Made by a program: the position numbers and the translations under genes. Source: Macrostomum lignano (lineage: Eukaryota). From it: a stretch of 64,000 nt of DNA. Positions within the stretch are counted from its first letter, which is position 1. The number at the start of each line of letters is the position of its first letter. Location of the stretch: NCBI GenBank assembly GCA_002269645.1, contig NIVC01003352.1:1-64000 (forward strand). The letters are read 5' to 3'. This document shows, piece by piece, positions 1-11,264 of this stretch. The notes under the pieces were generated by a model. The model saw only the letters and a list, made by a program, of their open reading frames with translations. It was not told the origin of the DNA and searched no databases.

Positions 1-621
1 ACTCACATCAATCGAAGATTGGTACCTAATCTCATTGTTAAATTGTCAAATGCCTTTGGGAAGTTTAATTATCCCTCGTACGCAGTGCGTAATGGGAAGG
101 CATAAGAGCTTTAATAATCCGAAAATAGCATTTCTTTTTTGTTTAAATCAATGCCAAAGCATCGAAAACTTTTTATTTCTCGTTAGATATTTTTGCACGG
201 AAATTGACTTGTGATTACACAACGAGCAGGTGATTGACAGTACGTTCATCCTGATCGCCAACCCTCAAGATAGCAGGTGTTCATGTTTACTCGTACATGC
301 CTAACTATGAGAAAGTCGTGTGAGCTACATGTAGTGTGTCCGTCTGCGTGCATATACGTGTGTGTGTGCACATCAGCTGTTGATTTGATTGCGGAGCGAA
401 CGAGCCTTTTCTTTCTCGAGAATAAGCTCTCGTATAGCTACATGTATTTTGCTTGCGGACGTAGAAAATTCCTGAAACAAAGTCTAAAGCACTGTCCCGG
501 AGCAGAAAATTTTCGCTTCATTTCCCATCGCAAAGAATCCACAGAATTAACTGATTCCCGTGCACTTTTAATGTATTCATTATCTGTCTCCGTCCCTCTC
601 CAGTCCCAGAGTAAGAATTAA

Positions 622-648
622 TTGCTGCTGCTGCTGCTGCTGCTGCTA
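622..648. repeat. (GCT)n microsatellite, ~8 units
   Basis: ttgctgctgctgctgctgctgctgcta read directly. Confidence 0.9.
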
Positions 649-1448
649 TTCAAATATAGGAGCCCATAGTCTCCGGGGGTGGGGGGCGAGTCTCAAGAAA
701 ATCCATATCCAGCTAATATAAAGACCTGCTATGGGTGCGCCTACATTCAATTTGAGCGATAAAGAAGAAATGGCGGATAGGCAATTTTGCTAATCTCCTC
801 CCCCTTTTTCTCTGTCCTCTCCTGGCATACGCGAATGAGTGCGCGCGTATCTCCACGGATCGTCGACAGTCCGCACTCCCCCAGCCCTTCAACTGCGAAG
901 GCGAACGATATACGATTGACTGTGTAGCCAAATTATCCCTCCCCTGATCTCTGTGTGTCGCCGGGTCTGCCCTAGCACTCGCCGACTGTACGCTTGGCGT
1001 CCCCTAAACTCTGCTGTTCCCCGTCCCCCCGCTCTGTATCTGTCTTGTTTCTAGCACCAACCCTCACTTTGATATTCAACAGGCAGGCTTGGAGAAAGAA
1101 AACAGTTCTTTTGCAAAGATATCCCTTGCCAATTCGCTTCCCCTAGCCCGAGTCGGGGAGAGGCAATCAATTCTAGTCCCTCTCTCTCACTGGGGAGGGC
1201 TGACACCAACCCCGGCCGGCAGGAAAAATTTCCCAATCTAGGCTACTCCGGCTGAGCGCGCAGCGGGACGGGGGTCGACGGAGCGTCTCAATTCCTGGAC
1301 ACAGCCGTCTTCTCTGGTGAGAACGGAGCGGAGAGCCTTGAATAGAAATAGCCAAGACAGTTTCAGCACTTGTTCTCAGCACAGCATTCCGATACTAAAG
1401 AAGAAATTTACTCAGGTGAGAACCGTTTTCCCTATCTCTAACCGGATA

Positions 1449-1925
1449 GAAATGGCACTCATCCTGTTAGATAGGCAATGCCATCATCCAATGGAAGTGG
1501 CACTCATCCTGTTAGATAGGCAATGACATCATCCAATGGAAGTGGCGCTCATCCTGTTAGATAGACAATAGCATCATCCAATGGAAGTGGCGCTCATCCT
1601 GTTAGATAGGCAATGACATCATCCAATGGAAGTGGCGCTCATCCTGTTAGATAGACAATAGCATCATCCAATGGAAGTGGCACTCATCCTGTTAGATAGA
1701 CAATAGCATCATCCAATGGAAGTGGCACTCATCCTGTTAGATAGGCAATGACATCATCCAATGGAAGTGGCGCTCATCCTGTTAGATAGACAATAGCATC
1801 ATCCAATGGAAGTGGCACTCATCCTGTTAGATAGGCAATGCCATCATCGAATGGAAGTGGCACTCATCCTGGTAGATAGACAATGGCATCATCCAAAGGA
1901 AGTGGCGCTTATCCTGCTAGACAAA
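1449..1925. repeat. 45-bp minisatellite, ~10.5 copies, two alternating variants
   Basis: Unit gaagtggc(a/g)ctcatcctgttagata(ggcaatga/gacaatag)catcatccaatg; ends ~45 bp before the acceptor-like tttgcag at 1970. Confidence 0.95.
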
Positions 1926-1994
1926 AGCAGATAATGCAATCAATGTATGGATCTCTATCACTATTTGCAGAGCCGAGAAGCAATCTCCGCACTG

Positions 1995-3330
1995 ATGGCT
2001 CTGGAGCCTCACGGTGTGTGCCACACACTGTGCATAAAATGGAGCGTTGCCAAGATCATCTATCTCCTATCCGGCTCGCTAATTGTATGCGGCTTCACCG
2101 TGGAGATGATTGTCATCGGCATGATAGTGGCGCCCTACCTCAGGGAGGCCGAGTTCGTGGAGGCCAGTTGCCAGTTTAACTCCAGTCGGTATACCGGCTA
2201 CACAGACTGCCAAGATGTGAATAGAAAGCCAAATAACAACTTCCCTTGTCTAGAGGTGCTGGTCAACTTTTTCCCCCACAGTTCCAGTAAATTGCCAGTA
2301 AATTCCAGTAAATTGTTCGGAGGCGGAGTGGCCACCATCTACTCCGTGCTGTCGTACTATGAGGAGTCTTCTAGTACGTCAAAGGTGAGCTGAAACAGTT
2401 TGACTGCCTCACCCGTAAACTGCGCCTTCGCCTGTCTCCTCAGCCGTAAGTTCACAAGGCCTGTTGCCAAGTGCTTCTTCGTCCTTGAGCTGTCTTTTCC
2501 TATAAAGCAGGTTTTTTTCTAAGAGTCTACATTGTATCTCCTATAGACAGTTCAGACGGATGAATAATTTCCTACCTCTGTTTCATTTTTTGGCTTAAAA
2601 TATGCTTCAATTTTAGTGTAGTGACTAGCAATTTGCGCCCCCTTTGGGGAGGCAACAAAGAAAGAAGATTTTTTTGAATCAGCTACATGTAAGATTTGAC
2701 TTTGGCAATACAATTGCTATTGTTAATTTATTGAAGCTTGTTAATCCTACTGAATTTGAGAAATTCCCCTCTTCCATAAACCTTGCCACCTCAACAATTC
2801 TTTTCTTGAGTCCTTACAGCATTTGGACGAATAAGTTCCTCCTTTTTAGCTGTCTACTACGTGTCCCTTCTCTACGCTCGCTTTCCCTCAGCTATCGGCT
2901 CCTGATAATAGATAGCGTCCCACCGAAAGCGACTTCCGTAGGGCTGTATTTTATCTTATGTTTGACTTTTTAAGTCTTCGCCTAAAATTAATCTTCAAAA
3001 TTTTTAACCGCCACTTCTGTGTAATTTCCCCAATACAACAATCTACAGTGCAGCTCGAGAATCTGCTACCGAGACAGCTACATGAACGCTAAACAGATTG
3101 CCAACCTAAACGTGACGCTCTACAACAATCAGGCTGCATATCAGTGCTACGTCCGTCAGGAATGGGCCGCCAGCACGTTTGTCGCCTTGCGTAGCAGAGA
3201 AATTGACGAAGCAAAAGTATTCCACTGTCTACTGTGGCCGGCGCTGGCCTTCGGGTTTGGCGGATTAGTATTCTGGAGCGTCTATTGCTGCTTGGGCTGC
3301 AATATCTGGCCTAAAGAGATGGCAGTATGA
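1995..3330 (+). CDS. KCNMB/CaKB-like (BK channel beta-subunit/TipE-type) two-TM protein, copy 1; exons 1995-2384 and 3049-3330 (~223 aa; in-frame upstream ATG at 1947 possible)
   Basis: Donor aag|gtgagc at 2384/2385, acceptor tacag|tgc at 3048/3049, phase 0 and in frame with ORF 3082-3330. TM1 (IIYLLSGSLIVCGFTVEMIVIGMIVAPY), Cys-rich loop (ASCQ, YTDC, FPCLEVLVNF, CSSRIC, YQCY), TM2 (FHCLLWPALAFGFGGLVFW) match the CaKB family architecture as I recall it. Confidence 0.75.
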
Positions 3331-3486
3331 GGAGTGACGGACTCTGTGGCATATACGTATGAGGAGGCATCAATACAGTATGTCTATGAGGAGTAATCTG
3401 CGCGAGTCACTTCACCGACTTTTTCTCCATTCAACCGACCAAATTTCTAATGTCTTCCCGGAGCTCTGTTTGCTTCTGTTGTACTG

Positions 3487-3492
3487 AATAAA
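3487..3492 (+). promoter_or_regulatory. Candidate polyadenylation signal AATAAA for KCNMB-like copy 1
   Basis: AATAAA ~157 bp after the stop, followed by a GT/T-rich tract. Confidence 0.55.
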
Positions 3493-4220
3493 CGCGCGTA
3501 GTTTGTTTTCCTTTTGTTTGGCTGTATTTTCTGTTTGCTGGGTCAGTACTCGTACTCGTATATCAATCAGTCGTTATCCGAAAGCTTTATCGGTTATGTG
3601 GAGGTACGGCGAGACACTTTCGGGCGATGAGGCTCTTTTTCTTAAAAGACAACCACATGGGATGGGATAGGCAGAAATGCAGTCAGGGTTTCCAAAACGG
3701 GCGGTTCGTTGAGCTAATTAATTTGATTAAATCTCTCTCCATCCAGCGAGAGTCGGTCCGATCTACGCTACTATCGCCTTCTTTCCTAGGTCCATCAAAT
3801 ACGCTACTAGCTTGTACGGCGGTCGTGCTTCTAAAAATAGCCCTCTGTATCGATTCCACCGTATCGAGCCCGGCTCTTGACCGGGTCTCCCGTTCTGTCA
3901 ACAAAATAATCTCGCGCGGAAGCCGCCAAAGGATTAGCCAAGTCTGGACTAATCTAGAAAGAATAGAAAGAATAAAATGGTTGCTGAGAGTTCCAATTTT
4001 TAATATCAATATCGAAAATATGCCGATTAAAAAACCTACGGTTGGCGCTGAAACTATAAATTTATAATATACGAGCTACATGCTATAAATTTGACTTTGC
4101 GATTCTAAGAAATCCAGCGTTTCTTGATCAAGACACGGTCTCTAAAAGCTGACACACACAATGTGCTAGTGCGAGCTCGTATTTCAGCCATTATTTAACT
4201 CAGCTAAACAAGTAATAACC

Positions 4221-4363
4221 AGATGTGCAACCGACAGCTCAGCCGCAGCAATTGCGCGGCGCATCTGAAGGCTGCCCTATACGGCTGTTCAGTCCGGGGG
4301 TCGCCACACCCTCAATTACCTTAGCTAATGCTTTTATGCATTTTACATCTGGGTGAACTAAAG
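4221..4363 (-). mobile_element. SINE family A, 3' half only
   Basis: Near-identical to 7633-7775 and to the reverse complement of 9920-10058; stops exactly at the left end of the 4364-5712 element. Confidence 0.85.
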
Positions 4364-4836
4364 GGGTACCTCTCATTTCGCCGATTCTCGTTTCGCCGAA
4401 TCTCATTTTGCAGATTCTCGTTTCGCCGAATCTCATTTTGCAGATTCTCGTTTCGCCGACATTATCATTTCGCCGATTCTCGTTTCGCCGAAATTAATTT
4501 CATAACCATCTGGACATTAGACCATAGACAACTACACTAATGCCAAGTGTGATTTGGATGTCTATGGCTTGAAAAAGAAAGTTAAAATTAAGAATTCTTC
4601 CTTCTGCATAATCCATGGTAAAAAGTCTATAGCCAGTGGTATATATGTATGGTATAGGAGGTTGTGAAATACAAAAATGCCGATTGAAATCGTTTCTGTT
4701 GGCTTTTCTGGTGAAATAAATAAGTGGTTTTATTGCATTGACTTCTGAATTGAATGAGTTAAAACTACGCTCGTAATGCTGGTAAGCTAACGAAATTAAG
4801 CTGCAAAAAGGCTACGATACTAGCGCAATATTACTA

Positions 4837-5577
4837 TAGCTTTTTGCAGCCCATTTGGGCTTACGCGCATTGAATTTAATCCAAGATGTTTGTCAAAGTA
4901 ACGGAGCTTTTGTCTATGGTAGCAAGGCTGGCACAGCGGCATTTAATTTGGTCCAACAAGCATCAATTTGGTCCATTTAGTTCATTTGCAGCTCAGTCCC
5001 AGAATTGTGGACCATATGCTAGGCTGTTGAACGAATGTCATTGGCTTGTGATCGAAGCACTCGACGGAGGTGAACACCCAAAGGACATTGCAAGGTTGCT
5101 GAATGTAAAAGAAAAGGTGGTTTACAACATCCAGCAGCGCCTTGAAACTCTGCCGGCAGAGATTGCCTGCGAAAGGGTGGCAATCGCCAAGGAAAGTTGC
5201 TCGAGAGCCTCAGGTCAACTGCTACTCGATGCAGTGGAGACGAACCCTTTGTTGACGTTGCCGAAATGCAGCAGAAGTTGAGGGAACAGCTCCAGTTGGT
5301 TATCAGATTTTGACTATCAGCAGAGCTCTGAAAAAGCAACTGAAAATTGCTGGTAGAGACGCTGACATTCCAGCGGTGCGCAACAACCTGCAGACAGTTG
5401 AGAGAAGGCAAGAGTGTCCAATGGCTCACGAGTGTTTGGACCAAATTGATGCTTGTTGGACCAAATTAAATGCCGCTGCGCCAGCCTTGCTACCATAGAC
5501 AAAAGCTCTGTTACATTGGCAAACGTATCTTGGATTAAATTAAATGCGCGTAAGCCCAAATGGGCTGCAAAATGCTA
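4837..5577 (+). mobile_element. Internally deleted Tc1/mariner-IS630-type element, ~140-bp TIRs, TA flanks, nested in the 4364-5712 element
   Basis: 4837-4975 and 5437-5577 are inverted repeats (tagctttttgcagccc...gggctgcaaaatgcta) flanked by TA at 4835-36 and 5578-79. Confidence 0.75.
5030..5420 (+). pseudogene. Frameshifted transposase N-terminal fragment (two HTH domains, no DDE domain)
   Basis: VIEALDGGEHPKDIARLLNVKEKVVYNIQQRL (HTH), then across frameshifts VETNPLLTL..MQQKLREQLQL..ISRALKK..VRNNLQTVERRQE, resembling Tc1/IS630-type DNA-binding regions. Confidence 0.65.
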
Positions 5578-7237
5578 TATTACATTACTTTATTTTTCAA
5601 GCCATAGACATCTAAATCACATTTGCATTAGTGTAGTTGTCTATGGTCTAATGTCCAGATGGTTATTAAATTAATTTCGGCGAAACGAGAATCGGCGAAA
5701 TGAGAGGTACCCGAATTGGATAGATAATAAAGGTGAAAAGCAGTCACGTGTTTAAATTTTTACATTGGTATGCCACTGGAATAATGTGGCTAAAACTATT
5801 GTCTGGGTCAATTAAAGTATAATTACGTGTACAAACGTAATTCATTCATCGACTCTAATTGTTTTAGGCGTTGGTTTGATTATTAAAAGATTTTGAATCA
5901 CCCTTATCATCTTATCTCGACTCGGCCCTCTGCGCGCATAATGAATGTACATCAATACTCACTGCCCAAGTAACCAATCAGTTCACCCAAGCCATTTCTC
6001 TCGTCCAATCAAATTCAATCGGTCACATTATCTACGAGTATAAGCTTCGGCAATCAAACAATCATATTATCGTACTACTTCGATAATTGAGTACGATACC
6101 CACGCACCCTATGAGATTATCCACACATGGAGATCTCACCTCAGAGATGACCCAGTCTTTTATATAGAATATCTTTAGGTGGGGACCTTATTTAGGATTT
6201 TCTAAGTGCCATTCTAAGTGAAAAAATGCCAAATATCAATTTTTTTCGTTGGTCTCTCATATTAAACTGAAAAAAAGTCTACGCGCGTATAGTTAAAAAA
6301 GTTACTCAGTTTTTTGCGCTAACAATTGAACAATAAATTAAAGCTATTTATTGTATAAAAGTGGGTTGCAGAGGCAATAGCCGTGATTTATAGCGTCGAC
6401 GCACAGCTGCCGCACCGCAATATTTTCTCTCAAAATCGTTGCTTTGGGAAAAAGAAAAAAATTGAGCAAAAATATGGGAAAAATGAGGGAATCCGCTGGC
6501 CGCTTCGTAAAAGTACAAATGTCAGAGCTCTGCAACTCCCACCCTAGCAAAGGAACGAATAAGGTAGGAGACTGAGATCGGCTGATGGAAATGAAATGCC
6601 TCCTGGGACCTGGGGCAGAGCGAGAGGTGCGGCAGAGATTGCCTCAACATCTCATTTCCGATTGCCAAATAACCAAATAAAAGAGAGGCAGTGGGTTCAG
6701 TGGAGCGCTGCCCCCCCCTCTCCAACTCTGCACAGCCTCCCGCGGCTGCCGATCCCAGATTCCCAATCACACCGCCATCAAATGAGGACATCAGTCGCGT
6801 GATTCGATAGCTCTATTGATGGTTGTGTGTAAGAGCCTCAAGCCTGTCAATCAAGCCTGTAACACGGAATGTAACAGCCTCGAACCTGTAACACAAGCTT
6901 AGATACGGTACATTGTAAATACTGTAAAGCACTGTAAGATACTGTAAAACACTGTAAAACAAAATCGGACTCTCAAAGACCGAATATCCTAATTTTTGGC
7001 CAACCATTCCTCGTAAGAGGCACTCAAACGGATTGAGTCAACCAGAGGGTCGCCAGCACAGTAAAGTTAAGCATAGTTGGCCGCGGTTAGTGCATCAGTC
7101 AAAATGGCTTTCATTCTTCCATCAGAAACAAAGCGTCCCTTCTTACTTCTTTATTCATCCTGACTGGGTAAGCAATAACCTATTCTTTGTAAACTAAGCT
7201 AAAAACGTTCTCAATATTTTAGCCAGGCAAAACTCTC

Positions 7238-8506
7238 ATGGCGTTGAAACGCTGCGACCGCCTATGCAATGTTCACGGCCTGGCCAAGCTCATCTTCCTG
7301 GCCTGCATCACTCTCATCACCTGTGGCGTAATTGTTGGCACAATCCTGGTGCCGCTGATCATCCTGCCGTACTCCAGAGAGAGCCGCTTCGCCGACGCCA
7401 ACTGCACCTATCTGACCGAGCACCTCATCGCCAAGCTGCCCTGCGAGAGCAAGTGCAGCAAAGACAAGAGCAGCTTCCCCTGCTACAGCATTCGGGTCAG
7501 CATCAGCCAGACCAATCAAACCGGGATGCTGTACGAGAACTTCATCACGTTTTCTGAGCGACACGACGAGCCGGTAAGAACTGTGGTCTAGATAATTTTA
7601 TTTTGCTGGAGCCGGTGCAACATTTTGATAGAAGATGTGCAACCGACAGCTCAGCCGCAGCTATTGCGCGGCGCATCTGAAGGCTGCGTACGGCTGTTCA
7701 GTCGAAGGATTGGGGGGTCGCCAACCACACCATCAATTACCCCAGCTAATGCTGGCACCCATTTTACAGCTGGTTGAACTGAAGCAATGCAGAGTTAAAT
7801 GTACATGTATTTCTCAAGGACACAAATTTTGGCGAGTGGATCGAGAATCGAACCCCCGACCTTTCATTCGCGAGTCCGACGCTCTAACCACTAGGCTACA
7901 ACCCCATTTGTAAGGATTTTATCGTAACACTAATACTTCGTCAGCGGAGTCAGCGGAATGGGCAGAATTGCCGTCAGCGATGGTTGTGTGCGCAGCCCTC
8001 CAGCGGACATAACAATAATTATGTTTACTACTAGTAATATAATAATTTATCGATTCACAAGTTTACCTACCTACAGTTTAGAGACCAGGTGGTAACCAAA
8101 TGTCAAGCCAAGTGACCAATCTCTGACACACACTGAAGTTTTTTCCTGAAATTCGGATTCTCTTCGGCGCGCGTGTTCCCTGACTTCTGTCGTCTCATTC
8201 CCCTGTCAGATCAATCAGTGCGGCACCGCTCCCTGCCTGTCGCAGGCGGCCGAGAACGTCGCCATGACAACCAGATTTATCAGGACCCTGCGCAAGAGCC
8301 GCAGCTTCCCTTGCCACTACCAGCCGGCTTCGAAGCCCGGCGGCCCGACCCCAGTGCTGCTGCACCGCATCTTCTCCAGGCGGCAGGCGACTCACTGCAT
8401 CATCTGGCCGGCTGTGGCGGTGGCCGCCGGCCTGGCGCTGCTGGTGAGCACCTATTACTGCGCCGGCTGCACGGTGTGGACGCAGGACAAAACTGTCATA
8501 GCCTGA
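7238..8506 (+). CDS. KCNMB/CaKB-like two-TM protein, copy 2; exons 7238-7573 and 8219-8506 (~207 aa)
   Basis: Donor ccg|gtaaga at 7573/7574, acceptor aatcag|tgc at 8218/8219, phase 0; intron at the same position as copy 1. Motifs PY..ESRF..ANC, LPCESKCSK..FPCY.IRV, CGTAPC...N, FPCHYQP, VLLHRIFS..HCIIWP. Confidence 0.8.
7633..7905 (-). mobile_element. tRNA-derived SINE family A, apparently full length, in the intron of KCNMB-like copy 2
   Basis: Minus-strand head ggggttgtagcctagtggttagagcgtcggactcgcga...ggttcgattctcg with A and B boxes; body shared with 9809-10058 and 4221-4363. Confidence 0.9.
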
Positions 8507-9306
8507 CGGAGTTCTGCTATGCCCAAAAATGTACTCTCGCACCAAAGGTCCCCTGGTTCGATTCTATGCACTGCCATGTTAATGAGGGCTAAATCCCCTA
8601 GGCTTGGTTTGGCTTTTCGCGAGTGTCAGACCTTCGTCAATCTGAGAGAGAGAAGCCATGCACTAACCTACAGATTCTGTCACAAAAGACAGACCGATAA
8701 GCTACTCGTGCGATCTCATTAGGAACTCTTGATTTAGTCTTGATTGCACGTCTCTTTCTCAAAGCTGTCCCAAGCTTTAAGATTGATTTTTTATTAGTTT
8801 CTATCATTCTCATGCAGATGCACTTTTTTCAAGGACTTTTTGGCGATGCATCTGTTTAAGAAATGTTGTTATTAAGCCTGGCAGCCCGAACTAGCTGTAG
8901 TATTGTAATTTATCACTTTGCTTATTCCATCATAGATAAGATTCCTGTGCAATATTTTATTCGATAAATTTTCCCAAAGTGATTTTATTCTTTCATTTAC
9001 GAATAATTAATATAAATATACAATTATATAATTGCAAAACTGAAGAACAAAGGATCAAAACGACTTTTGACACGTCAAAAGTTTGAAACGAAACGACATT
9101 CTTAAGCGTTAGACGGCTTCAATTTATTTTAATGAACTTCAACTTTTTGACGGGATGAAAAAATGAGCATTTTTGTGGTTGAAATAAATCAGCAAAAAAT
9201 GCTTGAACCGCATTTGGCTTGAAAAAAATAGAAAAATGAAATTAACTGGTCATCCGGTTTTTCTGGTCGCCATGGGTTTAATTAGTTACTCAGTAGGCAA
9301 CCGTGC

Positions 9307-10762
9307 TCAAGTCAGCGGCTGAGTAATCCGCACAATGCCGGCTGTCTGCAGGAAGTTGGTGCAGTTGAACTGCAGGGTGGAGTTGTCCATGAGCACCGGG
9401 TGGCACGCGTAGCGCATGAAGTCCGGCAGCAGGTCCTCCATCTCGAGGACGGCTCGCACGATTCTGTCCCAGCTGGCGGCCCGCACGATGACCACACGCC
9501 TGGGCAATGACTTGTACAGCTCCAGGCTGCCCAGGCTGATGCGCGCCTGCGTATTGTGCGCGGGCAGATTGTGCAGAGATTGTGGTTACGCTCCGTGAAT
9601 AAGATATGAGTATCCGAATTTTGATAAATCCTATACTTGCTCCATCGAAAAGGATCGATGTTCCATTTCGGACATTAAAACGGTAAAAGAAACTGTTGGG
9701 TACACTACTTAGAAGTAGTAACAAATGATTTTTGACGCTTCAGGCTGGTAGATGAAATGAGCTTCAACCGATTGCTGCTGGATAGCGTGCTGGATAGTTA
9801 GCTAGCAAGTTGTAGCCTAGATGGGGATGTAGCCTCACGTCGGGGGTTCGATTCTCGATCCTACTGGAACAATTTGTGTCCTTGAGCAAGACATTTAACT
9901 CTGCATTGCTTCGGTTCAACCAGCTGTAAATGGGTGCCAGCATTAGCTGGGGTAATTGAGGGTGTGTGTGGCGACCCCCAGTCCTTGGACTGAACAGCCG
10001 TACGCAGCCTTCAGATGCGCCGCGCAATAGCTGCGGCTGAGCTGTCGGTTGCACATCTAGCGAAATTGGGGCCTGTGTAGTCAATTACGAGCGTATTATT
10101 ATTATCTAGCAAGTCAAAGGGGGCAGTAAAATCCAGGCCAACGAAGAGGCAAGCAGTCACATCCGCTCCTCGGTGACCCCTGGCAATCATTTTTTAGGTT
10201 AATCGCGAGTTTGAATCTGTATAACTATTAATTTCAAGGATTAGTACAGAATACACTTCTCGTAATACGAACAGTTAAGGATCTTTTTATGATTATAAGA
10301 TGTTCCGGCTCAACTCCAGGTGAGGGACTCAGGACCTGCTCAACTCCAGGTGAGGGACTCAGGACCTGCTCAACTCCAGGTGAGGGACTCAGGACCTGCT
10401 CAACTCCATGCAGGTGAGGGACTCAGGACTCAGGACCTGCTCACCCCTGATTTGTTCATGATGACCAGAAGTCGCCTATCGGTAGCGAACCGCTTGTCCA
10501 AGTCCATGAACGGCGCCATCAGACGGTCTACCTCGGAGCTGTACAGATAGACGTAGAACCAATAGTGCACTCGAAAGTCGGTGGTATCCGTTGGCTGAGA
10601 CGGCTGCAGGCTGCGGTAGGGAAACGGCAGGCAGCCAGGCTTGGTCAGAACTCCGGTCTGTTCGGCCTTGTCCGCGTTGCCATTCTCCGTGTTCAACGAC
10701 TTTGGATCGGCTAAGCGGTTCCTCTGCAGCCGGGCTCGGCGAGGCGTCTTTTCCTGCGACAT
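9307..10762 (-). CDS. Unidentified protein, ~185 aa; exons 10762-10445 and 9546-9307
   Basis: Donor ggg|gtgagc at 10445/10444 and acceptor acgcag|gcg at 9547/9546 join in phase 0 (..RLLVIMNKSG|ARISLGSLELYKSLPRRVVIV..); codon usage like the other genes; 5' end uncertain. Confidence 0.6.
9809..10058 (+). mobile_element. tRNA-derived SINE family A (rearranged head)
   Basis: gttgtagcctag...gggggttcgattctcgatcc, then gtgtccttgagcaagacatttaactctgcattgc; reverse complement of 7633-7905. Confidence 0.9.
10304..10442 (+). repeat. 30-bp minisatellite family X, ~4.5 copies
   Basis: Unit gtgagggactcaggacctgctcaactccag. Confidence 0.9.
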
Positions 10763-11264
10763 TGGCTTTATGCTCTATTTGGTGTATAAATATATATACT
10801 ATATAGCTGGCCTGACGTGCCCCAGCTGATCCTTTCACTGCGACTGTTGTTAGCCTAAAGCGTCTTCAAATCATGGACGTAGGAAAGAACTTGACCGTTA
10901 GAAGTTTGAGCTTACCTAGGAAATGTCATAGACATTTACATGTATAGCTGTCGCTCACACTCTGCCAGCTGCTTATTAATTCGGATATGTATTCATGTAT
11001 GTATTCATTATGTATTCATATTCGGATATGTATTATGTATTTATGTCGTAAAACTTTTTACCATAGACAACTCATAAACGTCTGGGGGGGAGAGAGAGTC
11101 AGAGTTTATACACAGAGCATAAAAGTGCAATCAAAGTTGGTCGGACAGGTGGAGAATGTATACCGTATTTCTTATAAGTTTCGGCAGTCTTTTTCAGCTG
11201 TCTGGGTGGAAATATTCTACAGTTCTTTTCAATTTTTATAAAATCTCCCAAAGGCGTGGGTTGA

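Larger units (their letters stand above)
4364..5712. mobile_element. Non-autonomous DNA element with long terminal inverted repeats (gggtacctctcatttcgccg...cggcgaaatgagaggtaccc)
   Basis: 4364-4583 and 5585-5712 are reverse complements; the left arm carries extra ttcgccga subrepeats; no clear TSD. Confidence 0.85.

Noticed and set aside
3627-4067. Overlapping ORFs 3627-4067 (+) and 3683-4009 (-)
   Set aside because: No recognisable motif, no convincing splice sites, codon usage unlike the real exons.
7830-7905. tRNA genes (also 48395-48472 and 54630-54706)
   Set aside because: A and B boxes are present but the cloverleafs are imperfect, and at 7830-7905 and 54630-54706 the heads continue into bodies shared with other dispersed copies, so these are SINE heads.
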